From the NCBI GenBank assembly GCA_018398765.1, contig JAHBMJ010000366.1, positions 109,207-129,206 of the forward strand: a stretch of DNA of 20,000 nt, in the 5' to 3' direction. Made by a program: the position numbers and the translations under genes. The DNA comes from Chromera velia. Taxonomy: Eukaryota. The notes under the pieces are model-generated. The model ran no database searches. It had not been told where the DNA came from and saw only the letters and a program-made list of their open reading frames with translations. Below, piece after piece: positions 1-11,800 of the stretch. Each line of letters begins with the position of its first letter. Position 1 is the stretch's first letter.

Positions 1-251
1 TGAGCTGCTAGTCAGTGTGTGTGACGCGCCCGACTGTCTTGCTTGGTCTTGCTGACTCAGTTTAGAACCGCTTCCTTCTCCACCCCCTCCCCCTGCAAGA
101 CCTAATCCGAAGATGAGCTGCTGAAAGTCAAGGAAGCGTTCAAGGAGCTCCTTGCTAAGGACCCTGATGTTATGATAGATGTTATAATTGAAGTCTAGTG
201 ATGACACTATCGTATTGTGACGGTTTGATTTTGTTTTTTGAAGGAAGGTTC

Positions 252-465
252 AAGGGGGGGGGGGTGTTTACTCCATTTTACTATATATTACGGATTATGA
301 GTTTATGAGCCCTTTCTAGATATCACCTAGAGACACAACTTTAATCGTAGATTGCGAACCAACCAGTGAGCACTTTGATAACATTTTGACTTTGTTTTAA
401 GTAATTTAATGCAATAAGTGCTAAAAAAATGGTTTTTCATGTAGGGGTGATGTTTAACACTAACA
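252..465 (+). mobile_element. Candidate polypurine tract plus 3' LTR of an LTR retrotransposon lying just upstream of the Gypsy integrase remnant
   Basis: AA followed by a G run (252-264) is immediately followed by TGTTTAC at 265. An AT-rich ~200 bp block with TATATATA follows and ends in ...TTAACA (459) or ...CTAACA (465), an imperfect TG...CA. The right boundary is uncertain and there is no partner LTR in the window. Confidence 0.4.
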
Positions 466-511
466 TACCCTATGTATAACCCCTAAAAGTCATAGAGTAA
501 TATTTTAAATC

Positions 512-1027
512 GAATACCCTAGGGAGCAAGCAAGGGAGACGGCAGCTCACTATTATGATCGTCATCATAGGGAACTGGAATTGGGTCCAGGAGATTGGAT
601 GTTGGTGCATAGAGAATTTTTTGAATAAGAAAGAAGGCCGAAGGGAGTAAAGAAGAAGCTTAAGCCTGTATGGTTTGGTCTTTTTGAGGTAGAGAGGGCA
701 ATCACACGGGGAGCATATGAGTTGATCTTCCCGGCAGGAGCTCGCATTCATCCTGTGGTGAATGTGAACTATATGAAGAAGTATGTGAGAGAGCCGGGTG
801 ACCCTCCACCTACAGTTAGACTTCCGAGGTTTGAGGGCCCTGAGTACGAGGTAGATAAAATTTTGAACAGCAAAAGAATTTCAGGGAAGCAGCATTATTT
901 AGTCAAATAGAAAGGGTTTGGAGTGAAGGATGCTTCGTGGGAGCCAGTGAAGAATCTTGAGAGAGTAAAAGAAAGGATCGCTGATTTCAAAAGAAAAAAA
1001 TTTAAAAATGACAGACGGGCAGTATGA
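512..1027 (+). pseudogene. Ty3/Gypsy chromovirus pol C-terminus (integrase GPY/F region plus chromodomain), inactivated
   Basis: One frame reads EQARETAAHYYDRHHRELELGPGDWMLVHREFFE*ERRPKGVKKKLKPVWFGLFEVERAITRGAYELIFPAGARIHPVVNVNYMKKY...EYEVDKILNSKRISGKQHYLVK*KGFGVKDASWEPVKNLERVKERIADF. This matches the KLxPxWxGPF / AYxLxLP / IHPVFHVS integrase tail and the YLVKWKG...SWEP chromodomain. In-frame stops occur at 626-628 and 908-910. Confidence 0.93.
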
Positions 1028-1208
1028 CTCTATGAGGGAGGAAAAACATAGGGTGAGAAACAATGTATGATGATGACTCGATCGCTCGAGGGCATACTAG
1101 ATAGGCGCTTGATGAGAAGATAAATAGGCATGAGAATTAATTGTCCGATCGCTCGATGGATACATGATTAATGTATCAGTTTTCAGAGCCAAGCGTTAAC
1201 GTTGGCTT

Positions 1209-1536
1209 GAAAGGCGGGCAAGTGTGAGGGGCATTCTGCCTAATAAGAAGACTGAGTAATAAAGGGCTGGCAAACGTCAGGCAGATGTGGGTTGGACGAG
1301 GGACCCGGGCCATAGAGTATGCATGAGTGTATCACGAGGCCGCGCATCGTGAAGTCGGGCATGCTTTTATTAAGTGATTTTAGTGAAGTGCATGCTTGAT
1401 GTGTCTGCTTAACGTCATCACTAAGAATGCTTGAGATTGACATTAACTGCTAGACTAAACCAACCGATGTCTGTCAGACTTTAACCACCTGTATTTGATA
1501 TTACTAAGACTCCCGTAAAACAGCTTACAGCTTACA
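1209..1536 (+). mobile_element. PPT (1209-1222) and candidate 3' LTR (1223-~1536) of the chromovirus
   Basis: Purine-rich GAAAGGCGGGCAAG lies ~180 bp after the pol stop and is directly followed by TGTGAG (1223). The block ends in CTTACA (1529 or 1536), an imperfect inverted repeat of TGTGAG. AATAAA occurs at 1258-1263. Confidence 0.6.
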
Positions 1537-2358
1537 TGGTTGTCTGGACATACATTTGCGCACACCCACACGGTCCACACTGCATGCATATGTCTTACTC
1601 AATTTCTGTCGAGGTTTCTACATCTGTAATTTTTTGGGACATCGACTCCCTCCCCAAAATATGGAGAAGTGGGCCTCTGAAGTGCGATATCCCAGTGGGT
1701 TAGAGTATGTGTGATCTCTCAGGGCCTCTCGGCTGATCTTGTCCCCGAGCCGATGGGCTCTGGAAAAAGTTTGGTAAGTGCCCCCCCCTTCGCTTTCCGG
1801 GGCCACGAGGTGCCCAGAGTCTATTGAATTGAACTTCATTCCATGGACGAAAACACAGTACCATCGATTGCGTTACCAAAGACATCCAAAGACACCTATA
1901 CTCTTCATGCAGTCTGCATTGAAAGTGCAACGTGGTGAGTCATTTAGGACAAAAGTGATTTGTCCCTTCCTTCTCTGGATCCCGTGTGTACGTATTTTCT
2001 CTGCTGCTGGGTTGGCGCCTTCACGGAGACGGCCATGCAAAGCCTTGAATGTGCGCGACTTTGAATCCTTGCCCACCTTCTCTCGCAAAAGGGCACTGAC
2101 ACCTTTTCGATTTTTCCTGTTCCGACGAACTGCAGGAATCGAAAAGCAGGCACACTCTTCTTTGCCCTCCCGTTCTTCGTGCAAAGCAAAGAACTGAGAG
2201 GGAGGAGTAAAGAGAAAGATAGAGAAACTCAGGTTTTTGCAAGTACCTTCGGCAAGTCGCAATAGAAACTTCTCGTGACCCCGCTTCTGCTCTCGACGAC
2301 CCACTCAACAGTCAAGAAGCTACCTGGGTACTGCAGATTGATCAAAAGAAAGAAGAGG

Positions 2359-2417
2359 ATGGAACCCGCGCCCCGTCATTTCCCGGGCACAGGGGAGACT
2401 GATGACGTCCCCGATGG
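2359..2417 (+). CDS. Possible first coding exon of the large + strand gene (MEPAPRHFPGTGETDDVPD)
   Basis: ATG at 2359 and a GTCAGT donor at 2418, followed by intron-like microsatellite. The phase connection to downstream exons (candidate acceptors 2505, 2937) could not be resolved. Confidence 0.35.
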
Positions 2418-2650
2418 GTCAGTCAGTCAGTCTCTGCCTGCCTGCCTGCCTGTGTGTTCTACTTGACTGCATGCGGACATGCGCATCTGTCTCTGCCTTG
2501 CTCAGGGGCTGAGTGACGACTGTTTTGCTGCCTGCTTACTCCTGTGTCGACTTCATTCAGTCTGACATCCAGTCTCTCTTCGTATGCTTCCAACCCTCGC
2601 TCTCTCAGTTCATTTCTCAGTGTGTGTCTGAGACTCTGTCTGCCTTCTGT

Positions 2651-2860
2651 CCTTCCTTTCTTCCTTCCTTCGCTCCCTCCTTCCTTCCTTCCTTCCTTCC
2701 TTCCTTCCTTCCTTCCTCCTTCCTTCCTTCTTCCTTCCTTTGTTCCTTGCTTCCTTCCTTCTTTGCTTCCTTCCTTCCTTCCTTCCTTCCTTTCTTCTTT
2801 CCTTCCTTCCTTCCTTCCTTCCTTCCTTCCCTCCTTCCTTCCTTCCTTCCTTCCTTCCTT
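2651..2860. repeat. (TTCC)n pyrimidine microsatellite, intronic
   Basis: Degenerate TTCC tetramer array seen directly. It produces spurious LPSF-repeat ORFs. Confidence 0.95.
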
Positions 2861-3118
2861 CCTGCCTTGCTTCCTTTCTTCCCTCCCGCCTTTCGTTGCT
2901 TTTTTCTTTCTCTCTTCCTTTTATTTGTTTTTCACAGGAGTATTTGCAGGACCTCTTTCTCTGATTACACTAAGACGGAAATGCACCGGCCGTGCTGCTA
3001 CGCTTAGTTCTGCCCGTTGCTGTAATCAAAGCCTGATGATTCAACTCATTGCTGGGAAGACATCAATCATTATGATCTATTGAGAGACGGTTTGTCCTCT
3101 CTGCATGCATGCATGCAG

Positions 3119-3503
3119 ATCCGTTGCGGCTGCCTGCAAAGCACTCGCTCAGTCTCTAGACTTGTCTCGGTGGCGGCGCTTGGGGAGGGAGTCTGAGAGG
3201 CAGACGCGGAACTTGAAGAAAGTTCTCCTCGGAATTCCTTCCGCCTTCCCTCAACCCCCCCCCTGCGCCCACTTCAACTTATCCTCCTCACCCGGCCCTC
3301 CTCAAAGCGGCATCAGAGCCCCTCCGCGGACCTCTCTTGCTTCTCCTCACGCGAACGGGATCGGCCACTCGTTCTCAACTTCCACGAATTCGAACGGGAG
3401 TGCCAGTACAGGCACCAGCACCCCCCCGTGCGAGGACAGTATCTTGGAGACGCCTGACAATGTGGAGTTGCGCGTTTGGCACGAGGGATGGATGCTCAAA
3501 CAG
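3119..3503 (+). CDS. Internal exon of large hypothetical protein, ending in PH-domain beta1 motif (VWHEGWMLKQ)
   Basis: TGCAG acceptor at 3118, open frame, and CAG|GTTTGT donor at 3504 (phase 0). Confidence 0.75.
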
Positions 3504-3716
3504 GTTTGTGCGTGCGTCAGTTCGTTCGTGAGATGGATGACTTGGTGATCGGGGAGTTTTGAATCCAGAAAGATATGAGACGGGGGAGGTGGGGAGAGAC
3601 AAAAAAAATGCGGAGAGTTTTGGGAGGCTGAAATGTCACTCACTCATTTTTTCCTTAATTGTCTCTTCCGTGTGTGCCTGTGGAGATGTTTTGTCTTCTT
3701 CTGACTGCATTAGAAA

Positions 3717-3719
<3 letters not shown>

Positions 3720-3768
<49 letters not shown>
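3720..3768. repeat. (GT)n(GA)n compound microsatellite, intronic
   Basis: Seen directly. Similar compound arrays occur at ~8677-8728 and ~12357-12404. Confidence 0.95.
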
Positions 3769-4095
3769 GTCTGTGTGAGTGTCGCCTTGTAGAAAAATCA
3801 TTCAATAGGCCCACGGAGTATCCACACATTTGAGAAAGCTGTGGGCCCATCTGACTCACGATCTTACAGTAAATCATTCATCCTATGAATACATTCATTC
3901 AAGTGATTGATGTGACGTAAACCGCAGAGGAAAGGACCAAAGACCCAAAAAAAGGACATGAGGCGTCTCTGCGGTTATTTGTTGGGTATCTGACTCTATC
4001 TGTCTGTGTGTATCGATGCATAAGTATGTGTGTGTTCTCATTTACTCACTCACTCACTCACTGCCCCACCCACTCACTTTCATCTCTCTCTGCAG

Positions 4096-5339
4096 AGCCA
4101 AGTGATTCTCGAATGGCGTCCCGTGTTTGTGATGTTGGTGTCTCTTCACATCAAGGGCGGCAGCCCCTCCGCCCCTCTTCCCGAATCTGTACTGCCGTCT
4201 TCCCCCCACGCGATCCCGCTCCTTCCCTCTCCCCCCACCGGCAGACGAGGCCTTCCCCCCATCTCTTCGTCCTCCCCGACTTTCTCCGCCTCACACAGGG
4301 GGAGTGGGGGGTTAGGACGATTCCGACACCCCCCTCCCCCCCCTGTCCACACACCCGGAGGGAAGACAGGGACACGGAAGAGGGCCCCCCCGCCTCCAAC
4401 CCCCCCCTCCCTCGGTTTGCCCCCCCGTCGCTCTCGATCTGCCACGTCGAGCTCCTTTCAAGTGGGGGGCGCTCTCCCGGTGGTTGCGAAAACAGAAAAG
4501 CACACAGAAATACTCAGGGGGGAAGAGGAAGAAGAGCCAGGAAAGGACAAACCTCAACAGTTGGTGCATTCAACCTCAAACTCTCAATCCACCTCCGCAG
4601 CTTCTTTGCCTTTCCCACAAGTGGAGGTGGAAGGGCCAAGAACAAGAACAACAGCAGGAATTGGAGGCGAAAGAGAAACCGTTCCGACCTCATCGTCCGC
4701 TTCCTTTTCTGTATCTGGAATTGAAATGAATGCGCCTGCTGCGGCTGAGACAGAGAGGACAACCACAGCAGGTCGCCCCCCTCTGCCCAGACACGCGCAG
4801 TCCTCAGGCAGAACACAAGAAGAGAGATGCCTCCCCCCTCTGTCCCCTTCAACAACCTCGGTCTCCAAATTGAATGCCAAAACAAACAACACCTCTGGCA
4901 GACCTTCAACACAAAAAGGAGGCGAAAAGCTTCAGCAGAAGGAGACGCCATCGTCCCGACCACAGCTCCTCTGTTCCCCCTCCGCTCGTTCGACCGCCTC
5001 TGCTGCAGTGCCGCAGTACGGAAAGGGCGATAGGAGGTCGTCATTTCAAATTCCCCCCTACTCAGAAAGGGAGAAGGGGAAGGGAAAGGGGGGGCAGCAG
5101 GAGCGGGAGCAGTGGACGGGGGGTGGGGGCACAAGTCGCAGAGCACGTCGAGGGTCTGCTCCGGGGAGTGTTGCGGCTTCTGTGTCTTCTTTCTCCTCCA
5201 TGCACAACTCTGCCCCTCAATCTCAAACAGCGCAGATGATGCACAGACAGAGGATGGAGAAGGAGAGGGAGGAGCGGGAGAGAAGCAGAACAGAAGAATT
5301 GGCACGGCAGATTCAAGAGGCAGAGACGCGAGTGCGGAG
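4096..5339 (+). CDS. Internal exon: PH beta2 motif (SQVILEWRPVFVML), then a Pro/Ser/Gly-rich disordered region and a short coiled coil
   Basis: TGCAG acceptor at 4095 in phase 0, matching the previous donor. The frame is open (ORF 4030-5475). The AG|GTTGGT donor at 5340 is phase 2, matching the next acceptor. Confidence 0.78.
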
Positions 5340-5367
5340 GTTGGTACGTTGGTGGGTGGGTGGATCT

Positions 5368-5398
<31 letters not shown>

Positions 5399-5609
5399 TT
5401 GCATTTTCTTTCTTCTCTTTCTTCTCTTTCTTCCTTCCTTCCTTCCTTGCGTGCATGGCGTCAGTCAGGAAGTAAGCGTTCAAAATGAATGAAAAGGAGT
5501 GAAGTTCACGCGTTCCCACCATGACTACCGACCCATCTGCCCATGCTTGCACGCCTTCATGCATGCATCTTTCTTTGTTGTGTCTGCTTCTGTTTGTGCC
5601 TTCCTTCAG

Positions 5610-7440
5610 ATCCTTCGGGGGGTCCGACCAGAACGCGCTCTTTCTGATTGCTCTGCGGCCTGCTCGGGAGTACGAGCTCGAGGCGCAAAGGGGCAAGGCG
5701 GAAGGGGGGTCTAGCGAATGGCCCCGCGCCCTCGACCGATCTTCGGTTGACTACAGTCTCGGCAGCAGCAGCAAGGGGGGTGGGGGGGAGGGGGTTTGGC
5801 TCCCTCTCCCGGTCCCTTTCGGGGTCTGTGAGGGGGGCAACGGAAAGGAGAAGGAGACAAAGCAGCAGGGAGAGGGGGAAGAGGGAAAGCAACTGTTGGA
5901 GGGACTTGTTTTGGGAGATGTGCTCCCAATCGGCACCCAACCTCCTGAGCTGTTCCGAGACTCTGTCCCCATGCACAGTCGAGAGATGTCAGGACACCCC
6001 CTCGTTCCCTCATCCCTCCTTCCGCAAAGGAGTTTTGCTTCCTGGTTGAAGAGATTCACACTAGGCGGGATGATTGGGATGGAGAGGGTACAGGGAATTC
6101 GAGTGAGGGGCGTGCACCCAGGGAGGGAGTGGAACCTCGTTCCTCTCCCCTGCACAACTGCAAAGGAAGTGGTGCTTGACTTGGTGCCTTCCTGCAGGCG
6201 CCCAGCTGAGCGATTTGCCGCCCTGATCTCCTCTCTGACTGTCTGCGTACGCACCGCGAGAGGGGAGGGGGTCGAGTCCGTCGAGGCCTCTCTGAGCCCT
6301 CCGCTTAGGGCCTTCGCCTTTGCTCCCGCCATTCTTCCCGATGGCCGTCTCTTCTTCGCACTCCGAACAGCCCTGCTCTCGGACCCCCACACGCCCCCCG
6401 AGATTTTCTCCTCCGTCTCCCCAGCAGTGCCCTTCATGAGACAGTACATGCGCGCAGTGGCCGCCTGGTCGATTCTGGCGGGGGACAGGAGGCGGGCACA
6501 GGCACAGAGGGAGCGGAAGGAGGCGGCGGTGCTCAATAAGAGCCAGGCCCCCCCCTCTGTCGCATCCCGCCGCCGCGCACTCACTGGGGGTGGCGGCTTG
6601 GAAGCCTCACCCGCGATGCGCATACACTCAGTGCGGTCGAGTGCCAGCAGGGCCCCGTTTTCCCCTTCAGAAGGATCCACAATCATGCGTGGCGGCGCCG
6701 GAAGGGCCGGCAGCAGGCAGCGATACCCCGCCGCCGCAAGAGCTTCCCGTCAACGGCACCCTGCAGTTCCGCCCTCCGCCCGGGGAGACGGCGTGTGCGA
6801 TTCCCCTTCCGTGTCTCTGTTTGATTCCATCCTTTCCGGTGGCACCGTCTCCTTTTCTGAGGGAGACGGGATCGCGTCAGGCGAGTCTGCAGAAGAGTCC
6901 CCTTCAAATGTCTCTTCGGCTGCTGAAGGGGGCACATCGGCGGCCTCTCTGTCCCTCACGGGACCTAGAAGAAGCCTGCCTCTGCCTGCACACAGAACGC
7001 AACCTGCGCTCGGCAGCAGCCACCCGAACCATCCCAGCCTCCCGCCATTGCAACGATCTCTGACAGTCGAGAGCGGTAGCGACAAGAGAGGAAGTCGGGG
7101 CCGGGGGGGGTGTCATCCTTCTTCTCGCCTCCCTCCCTCGGCAGGGGGAAGGGGGAGGGGGGGTTCTCGGTATTCGCCTGTGTTCCCCTCGACCTCTTCC
7201 CCTTGTGGGCCGCCTGTGAGGCAGAGGCAGAGAGAGGGCCCCCCGGGTAGTGCGTTGGGGTTCCAACAAGAGAGCGCGGAGCAGGAGGGGGTGTCAGGGG
7301 GCATGGGCGTTGGCTCGAGTGTGTCCGCAGAGCCTCCAATTCTTGAGAGCTTTTTGTCTGCAGCCCTGTTGTCGCCTCGGGTCAAGTCGGGGGCGGGGGG
7401 GGGGGAGTTTCGGTCGTTCCACGGGACTCTGGGGCAGTAG
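5610..7440 (+). CDS. Large (possibly terminal) exon of the same hypothetical protein
   Basis: Pyrimidine tract plus TTCAG acceptor at 5609 (phase 2). About 610 open codons run to TAG 7438-7440, with a hydrophobic structured segment (~6030-6510) among low-complexity sequence. Further 3' exons cannot be excluded. Confidence 0.78.
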
Positions 7441-8179
7441 GGAGGCGGCAGGCAGGGAGGGAGGGCAAGTAAATGAGTGAGTAATTAGCAAAGAGGGGGT
7501 TCGATCGAAGTGGTCTGTCTGTCTTGCGTCCAACGGTCGGTCGGTCCATGCGTTTGCATGGATGGGATGCATGCTTGGATGGACGGATGCATTTAAGCGG
7601 ACAGATTGATTCCATTTTGTTGGGCTGGTCAGTGTTGGTAGTAGAGGAAGAGGACCGATGCTACTTCGCCTTTTTTGTCTGCGGAGGGGAAGGGGGGGGG
7701 GGGGCTTGTGACTGACTATCTGACTGTCTGTCTGTGATTTCTTTGGTAAGGTGCTTTGTTGATCCACACAGAGGTCTTGCCTGCAGGCTGTGGAATGTGA
7801 CTGCATTCACATTCGGTTGACTGGAGGAAGGGAGAGCGTTTAATTATTTCCGTGTGGCAGCATGTTTGCTTGTGTTGTCAGTTTGTGGGCCCATCGGCGA
7901 ATGGGAGCTGAATTTCTTTTTGATGGTCGCGACGGTTGGTTTTCTGTCCACCTTTTTCAAGGTTTCCTTTTTTCAACGGAATGCGTTTTTATTGATGGCC
8001 GATGGATGTGCATGTGGCGTTCAATTATGTGTTCTGTTTTCTCGTCTCTTCTTTTATTTTCTGTTCCTCTCTCTGTCTTTGGTTTCCTTTTTGTCTTTGA
8101 AGTGAAGGGAGAAAGAAGGGAGGAAGGAGAGAAGGAAGACCCCTCGATATTTTTCTCTTCTTCTTTTGTTCGTCCTCCT

Positions 8180-8347
8180 CGCCTGTCTGTCCGCCTGTCT
8201 GTCCGCCTGCCTGCCTGTCTGCCTGCATGTCTGTCTGTCTGCCTCCCTGCCTCCCTGCCTGTCTGTCTGTCTGTCTGTCCGCCTGCCTGCCTGTCTGCCT
8301 GCCTTCCTGCCTGCCTGGCTGGCTGGCTGGCCGTCTGTCTGTCTGTC
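8180..8347. repeat. (TGCC/TGTC/TGGC)n degenerate tetramer microsatellite
   Basis: Seen directly. A similar array lies at ~16410-16491. Confidence 0.9.
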
Positions 8348-8672
8348 GGGGCCTTCTCCGTGATGAGGGGGGAGGCTACAGGGAGGAGTGAGTACAAGCA
8401 TGCAGGATGTCGGGATGGATGGATGGAGGGGTCCAAGAGGATTGAGCGGAGGGGAGAGGATCAGGTCGAGGCGAGAGCAGAGAAGAGAAGAAGGTTTGAA
8501 GCCGTGAGGCGTTCCGGTGAAGAAATGAAATGAGTGAATCAGTCGGGGTTCCTCATTTTCTTTTTCTTTTATGGTTTTCACCTTTTGTTTGTTGTTCTTT
8601 TCTTTTCTTTCTGCTCTGAGCTCTGCCTTCTCCTCCCTCAATGGGTCCTCTCCTCTTTCTTTCTGTCAGGTG

Positions 8673-8729
<57 letters not shown>

Positions 8730-11293
8730 GTCGAAGGACGAAAAGGGAATCGAAGCAGCGAAGGACAAAATGGGGGGGGGGCGGGGAGCAGATGTGCAAA
8801 CACTTCTTCTCTGTCTGTTTCTCTATATCTGTCTGTGTATGTGTGTGTGTGTGTGTGTATCTGTGGACGTCCTTCCTTCTTTTCTCATCGGCGCATGTGT
8901 CCCCTTCCTGTCCTTCTCACTCGCCTTCTTTCTGGTTCTTCATGTTAACCCCTCTCGTCTTCTTTCGTCTTGAATGGTGTACCAGATCTACTCCCTGCCC
9001 CACTTCTTCTAACGAAGAGAGGATCGAGTCAGTCCTCCTTTCTTTCTTCTTTTTCTGTCCTGCCTGCTGTAACTAAGCAGTCAAGTCTCGATCGATCGCC
9101 TGCCTGTCTTCTTCCCGGAGTGAGGTTTGGGTTGGGCTGTAATTTTAAGCAAAACAAAGTTTTCATTCATTATTTGGCCAGTCAACAAAAGCCGTCGTCT
9201 TTTCTTCACAGCATCCATCTTTCACCGTTGGGAATGAGTAACTCGGCACACCCAGCGATAGGGCAGAGGACGATTCGATTTTTTTAAAGAATCGGCGAGT
9301 GCGTGCTGTGATTGATGCAGACTTGCTCCTCCCCAGCCGTTTCTGATTTGACTGGAGAGTCGCAATGGACAGGGGAAGGGTGGAGGTGGATCGATCGCTC
9401 TTGCGTCTGTCTTTTTCGTTTCGTTCATTTTGTTTTTTTGTCATCGTCTTGTCTTGCCGCCCCCCCCCCCCCCNNCGCCTCTCTTGATTCTCTTCCTCAC
9501 CTCCCGTCTAGATCGCCCTGCGCTCTCTCTGCGTGACCCACCCATGCGCACACGAGATGATACGAAAAGTTGGAAGAAAGGAAGGAAGGAAGGTAGGGAG
9601 GTTGACATGAAAAATCGACACAAGAAAAGTAGCAGATGCATGCAGGGAATGAAGGTAGCAGAAAAAGAAGAGAAGGGCTTGAATAGGACGACATGAAAAA
9701 AAACAGCACCCGGGGCCAGGGGGAGTGGCGACCGGGTGAAGAAGACGAAAAGGAGAGGAGAGGAGAGGAGAGGAAGAGGGGAGAGGAGAAGTAAATGCAT
9801 CCGACTTCCTTCCTTCCAGTAGCTCTCGGGGTGCGCGTAACTATTTTCATTCGTCGTGCCATCATGCAGTCAATTTGCGTCGCATTTTCCCTTCCTTTTC
9901 ATCTTCGGCATCGATCTGCGGTTGTTGTTTTCTCAATAATTCGAGAAGTCCCTTTGGCCACGCACCCTCATGTATGCACAATTCGGTTTTTCTGTATTTC
10001 GAGCAGTCATTTTTCTTTTTGGCGCGCGATTGATCGTGTTGACATTCGTTTCCGTAAACATGCATGGGGAGGGGCAGGAAGAGGCGCGGCTGGCCTGTCT
10101 GTACGTCTGTCTTTCTGTCTGTTTGGAGCAAGGATAATAATGAACAGGACTTTCTGCCACTGTCTGACTGGCTGTCTGCCACTTGTAGCTTCGTAGAAAG
10201 TAAGAGAAAGGAAACGAGAGAGAGGGAGAGCGGAAGGGGATAAGTGAAGAACTCTCCCTACCGGCCCAGATTGACATTTCTCCCCCCCCCCCCCCCCCNC
10301 CCCCCCCACGTGGGTCTGTCTGTCTGTCTCCCTTTTGCCTGGGAGCATATCCAATGGGGCGAGGGGAAAGGGAGAGGACGTCAACGTCAGTCATTGGAAG
10401 AAGGAAGAGAGAGAAAGAGCAATCGTGGTGTGGCAAAGGAGAAAAAGAGGTGGAGTGGGGGAGTGCGGTGGGTGTGAACGCGCAGGGAATAGAAGAGTAA
10501 GCGGAATGGATGAAAAGAAAAGGAGGGGAAAGAAGGGAGGGAGGGAGGGAGGAATTGAGGGGCTTTTCTCCTCAAAGATTTCTCCACGTCCTTCGCGCTT
10601 CCTTACTTTCCTGACATGTTTAGTCGTTTTCTGTATCTGTATGCCTGTTGTCTCTTCTTTTGGTAAGTATTTCTGTGTCCTGATTCTATTCTTGCGCGAG
10701 GGTTCGTTTGTACCTTCGTTTGTTTCTCTGCTCCTTGCTTTGATTTATCCATCTCTCTGCGCAGTCGGCCTCAAAGTCGCTGCATGGGTGGGTACCGGGG
10801 TGGGCCCATGTCTTTTGGCCGCCTGTGTGTGTTTTGGTTTTATTTGCATGCACTGCCTGGTGTCCTTCGTTTTTCCCTGTCTCCTTCTTTCTTTCTCATC
10901 AGAGATGGGAGCGTGAGGAAGTGAAGACTGAATAAACGTATGGATCGATGTTGTCTGGGGTGAGTTAGTTCACTGTCGAGCGTTGTCACCAGGGGTGGAC
11001 ATGAAATCGAATTTAATGATCGGTGTCAATCATCGACTTTGCGTTGCTGACAGGGAAGACAGGGGCGTTTCTTGCATGCTGTCTCGGTCTCCCCCCCCCC
11101 CCCCNNCCCCGTGTGTGTGTGTGTGCGTGTGTGTGTGAGTGAGAGAATTGCATGTGCTCCATGCAGTCTCTCCCCCTCCAGGTCACCCGCTCTCCGTCTC
11201 TATCTTTCTTCTTCTTTTTTCTTCTTCCCTTCAGGCAGCAACTCTCTCTCTTTCTCTCTCTCCCCCTTCCATCGATAGTTCCTCCCCCATGCA

Positions 11294-11326
<33 letters not shown>

Positions 11327-11741
11327 TGCAATCTATCGAGTGTGTGGATGAAGGAGAAGAGAAGACAGGAAGAATTCAAAGTGGACGTGTGATTGTAGTT
11401 TTTTTTGGTGAGAGAATCAGTGGAGTGCCGATCGAAGAGCAAGAGCAGAGAAAGAAGACCGAGGGATCGCTTGGTGTCTATTCTTACCAAAAGAGAAGGA
11501 AGAAGTCGCAGTGCGCGAAAGAAAAGTCACGCAGGAAGAAGGGAAGGAAGGAATGGCTTGTAAGAGCGTACAGAGAAAAGGCAGGCAGTAAAGTCGACAG
11601 GAGGTATTCATGCAGGCACTCAATTCGCAGTTTAATTAATCCGACGCAATCCTTGCCCGCCCTCCAATGATCGAGGAATGGACGGCGGCACATTGATCGA
11701 GGCACGTGGGGGGGCGTGCAATGTGCATGGTAACTAACTAG

Positions 11742-11800
11742 CTGGCTGAAGTACTGTCGAAGTAATGGTAGGCAACTAACTGGCTGAAGTACTGTCGAAG
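11742..11800. repeat. Short direct duplication, 21 bp x2 (CTGGCTGAAGTACTGTCGAAG)
   Basis: Identical copies at 11742-11762 and 11780-11800, period 38. Confidence 0.9.

Noticed and set aside
466..487. CCCTA/CCCTAAA telomere-like motifs
   Set aside because: Only one full CCCTAAA unit and no tandem array.
908..910. In-frame stops at Trp positions suggesting a recoded genetic code or readthrough
   Set aside because: All three stop types plus a frameshift occur, only in TE remnants. Host exons have none, so decay is the simpler explanation.
2506..2565. GLSDDCFAACLLLCRLHS loosely resembling an EH-domain helix
   Set aside because: Out of phase with the candidate exon 1 donor and ends in a stop, so too short to support.
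2513..3083. Overlapping ORFs of 74-179 aa rich in LPSF
   Set aside because: They are translations of the (TTCC)n microsatellite, which lacks stop codons.
4514..6686. Long minus-strand ORFs (296 aa and 311 aa)
   Set aside because: Antisense shadows of GC-rich + strand exons that have consistent splice phases.
9474..11105. N bases at 9474-9475, 10299 and 11105
   Set aside because: All lie within poly-C runs and are sequencing/assembly ambiguities rather than biology.
11742..11800. Repeat-spacer-repeat resembling a mini CRISPR array (also 17038-17147)
   Set aside because: Only two copies, eukaryotic context, no cas genes, and the spacers derive from local sequence.
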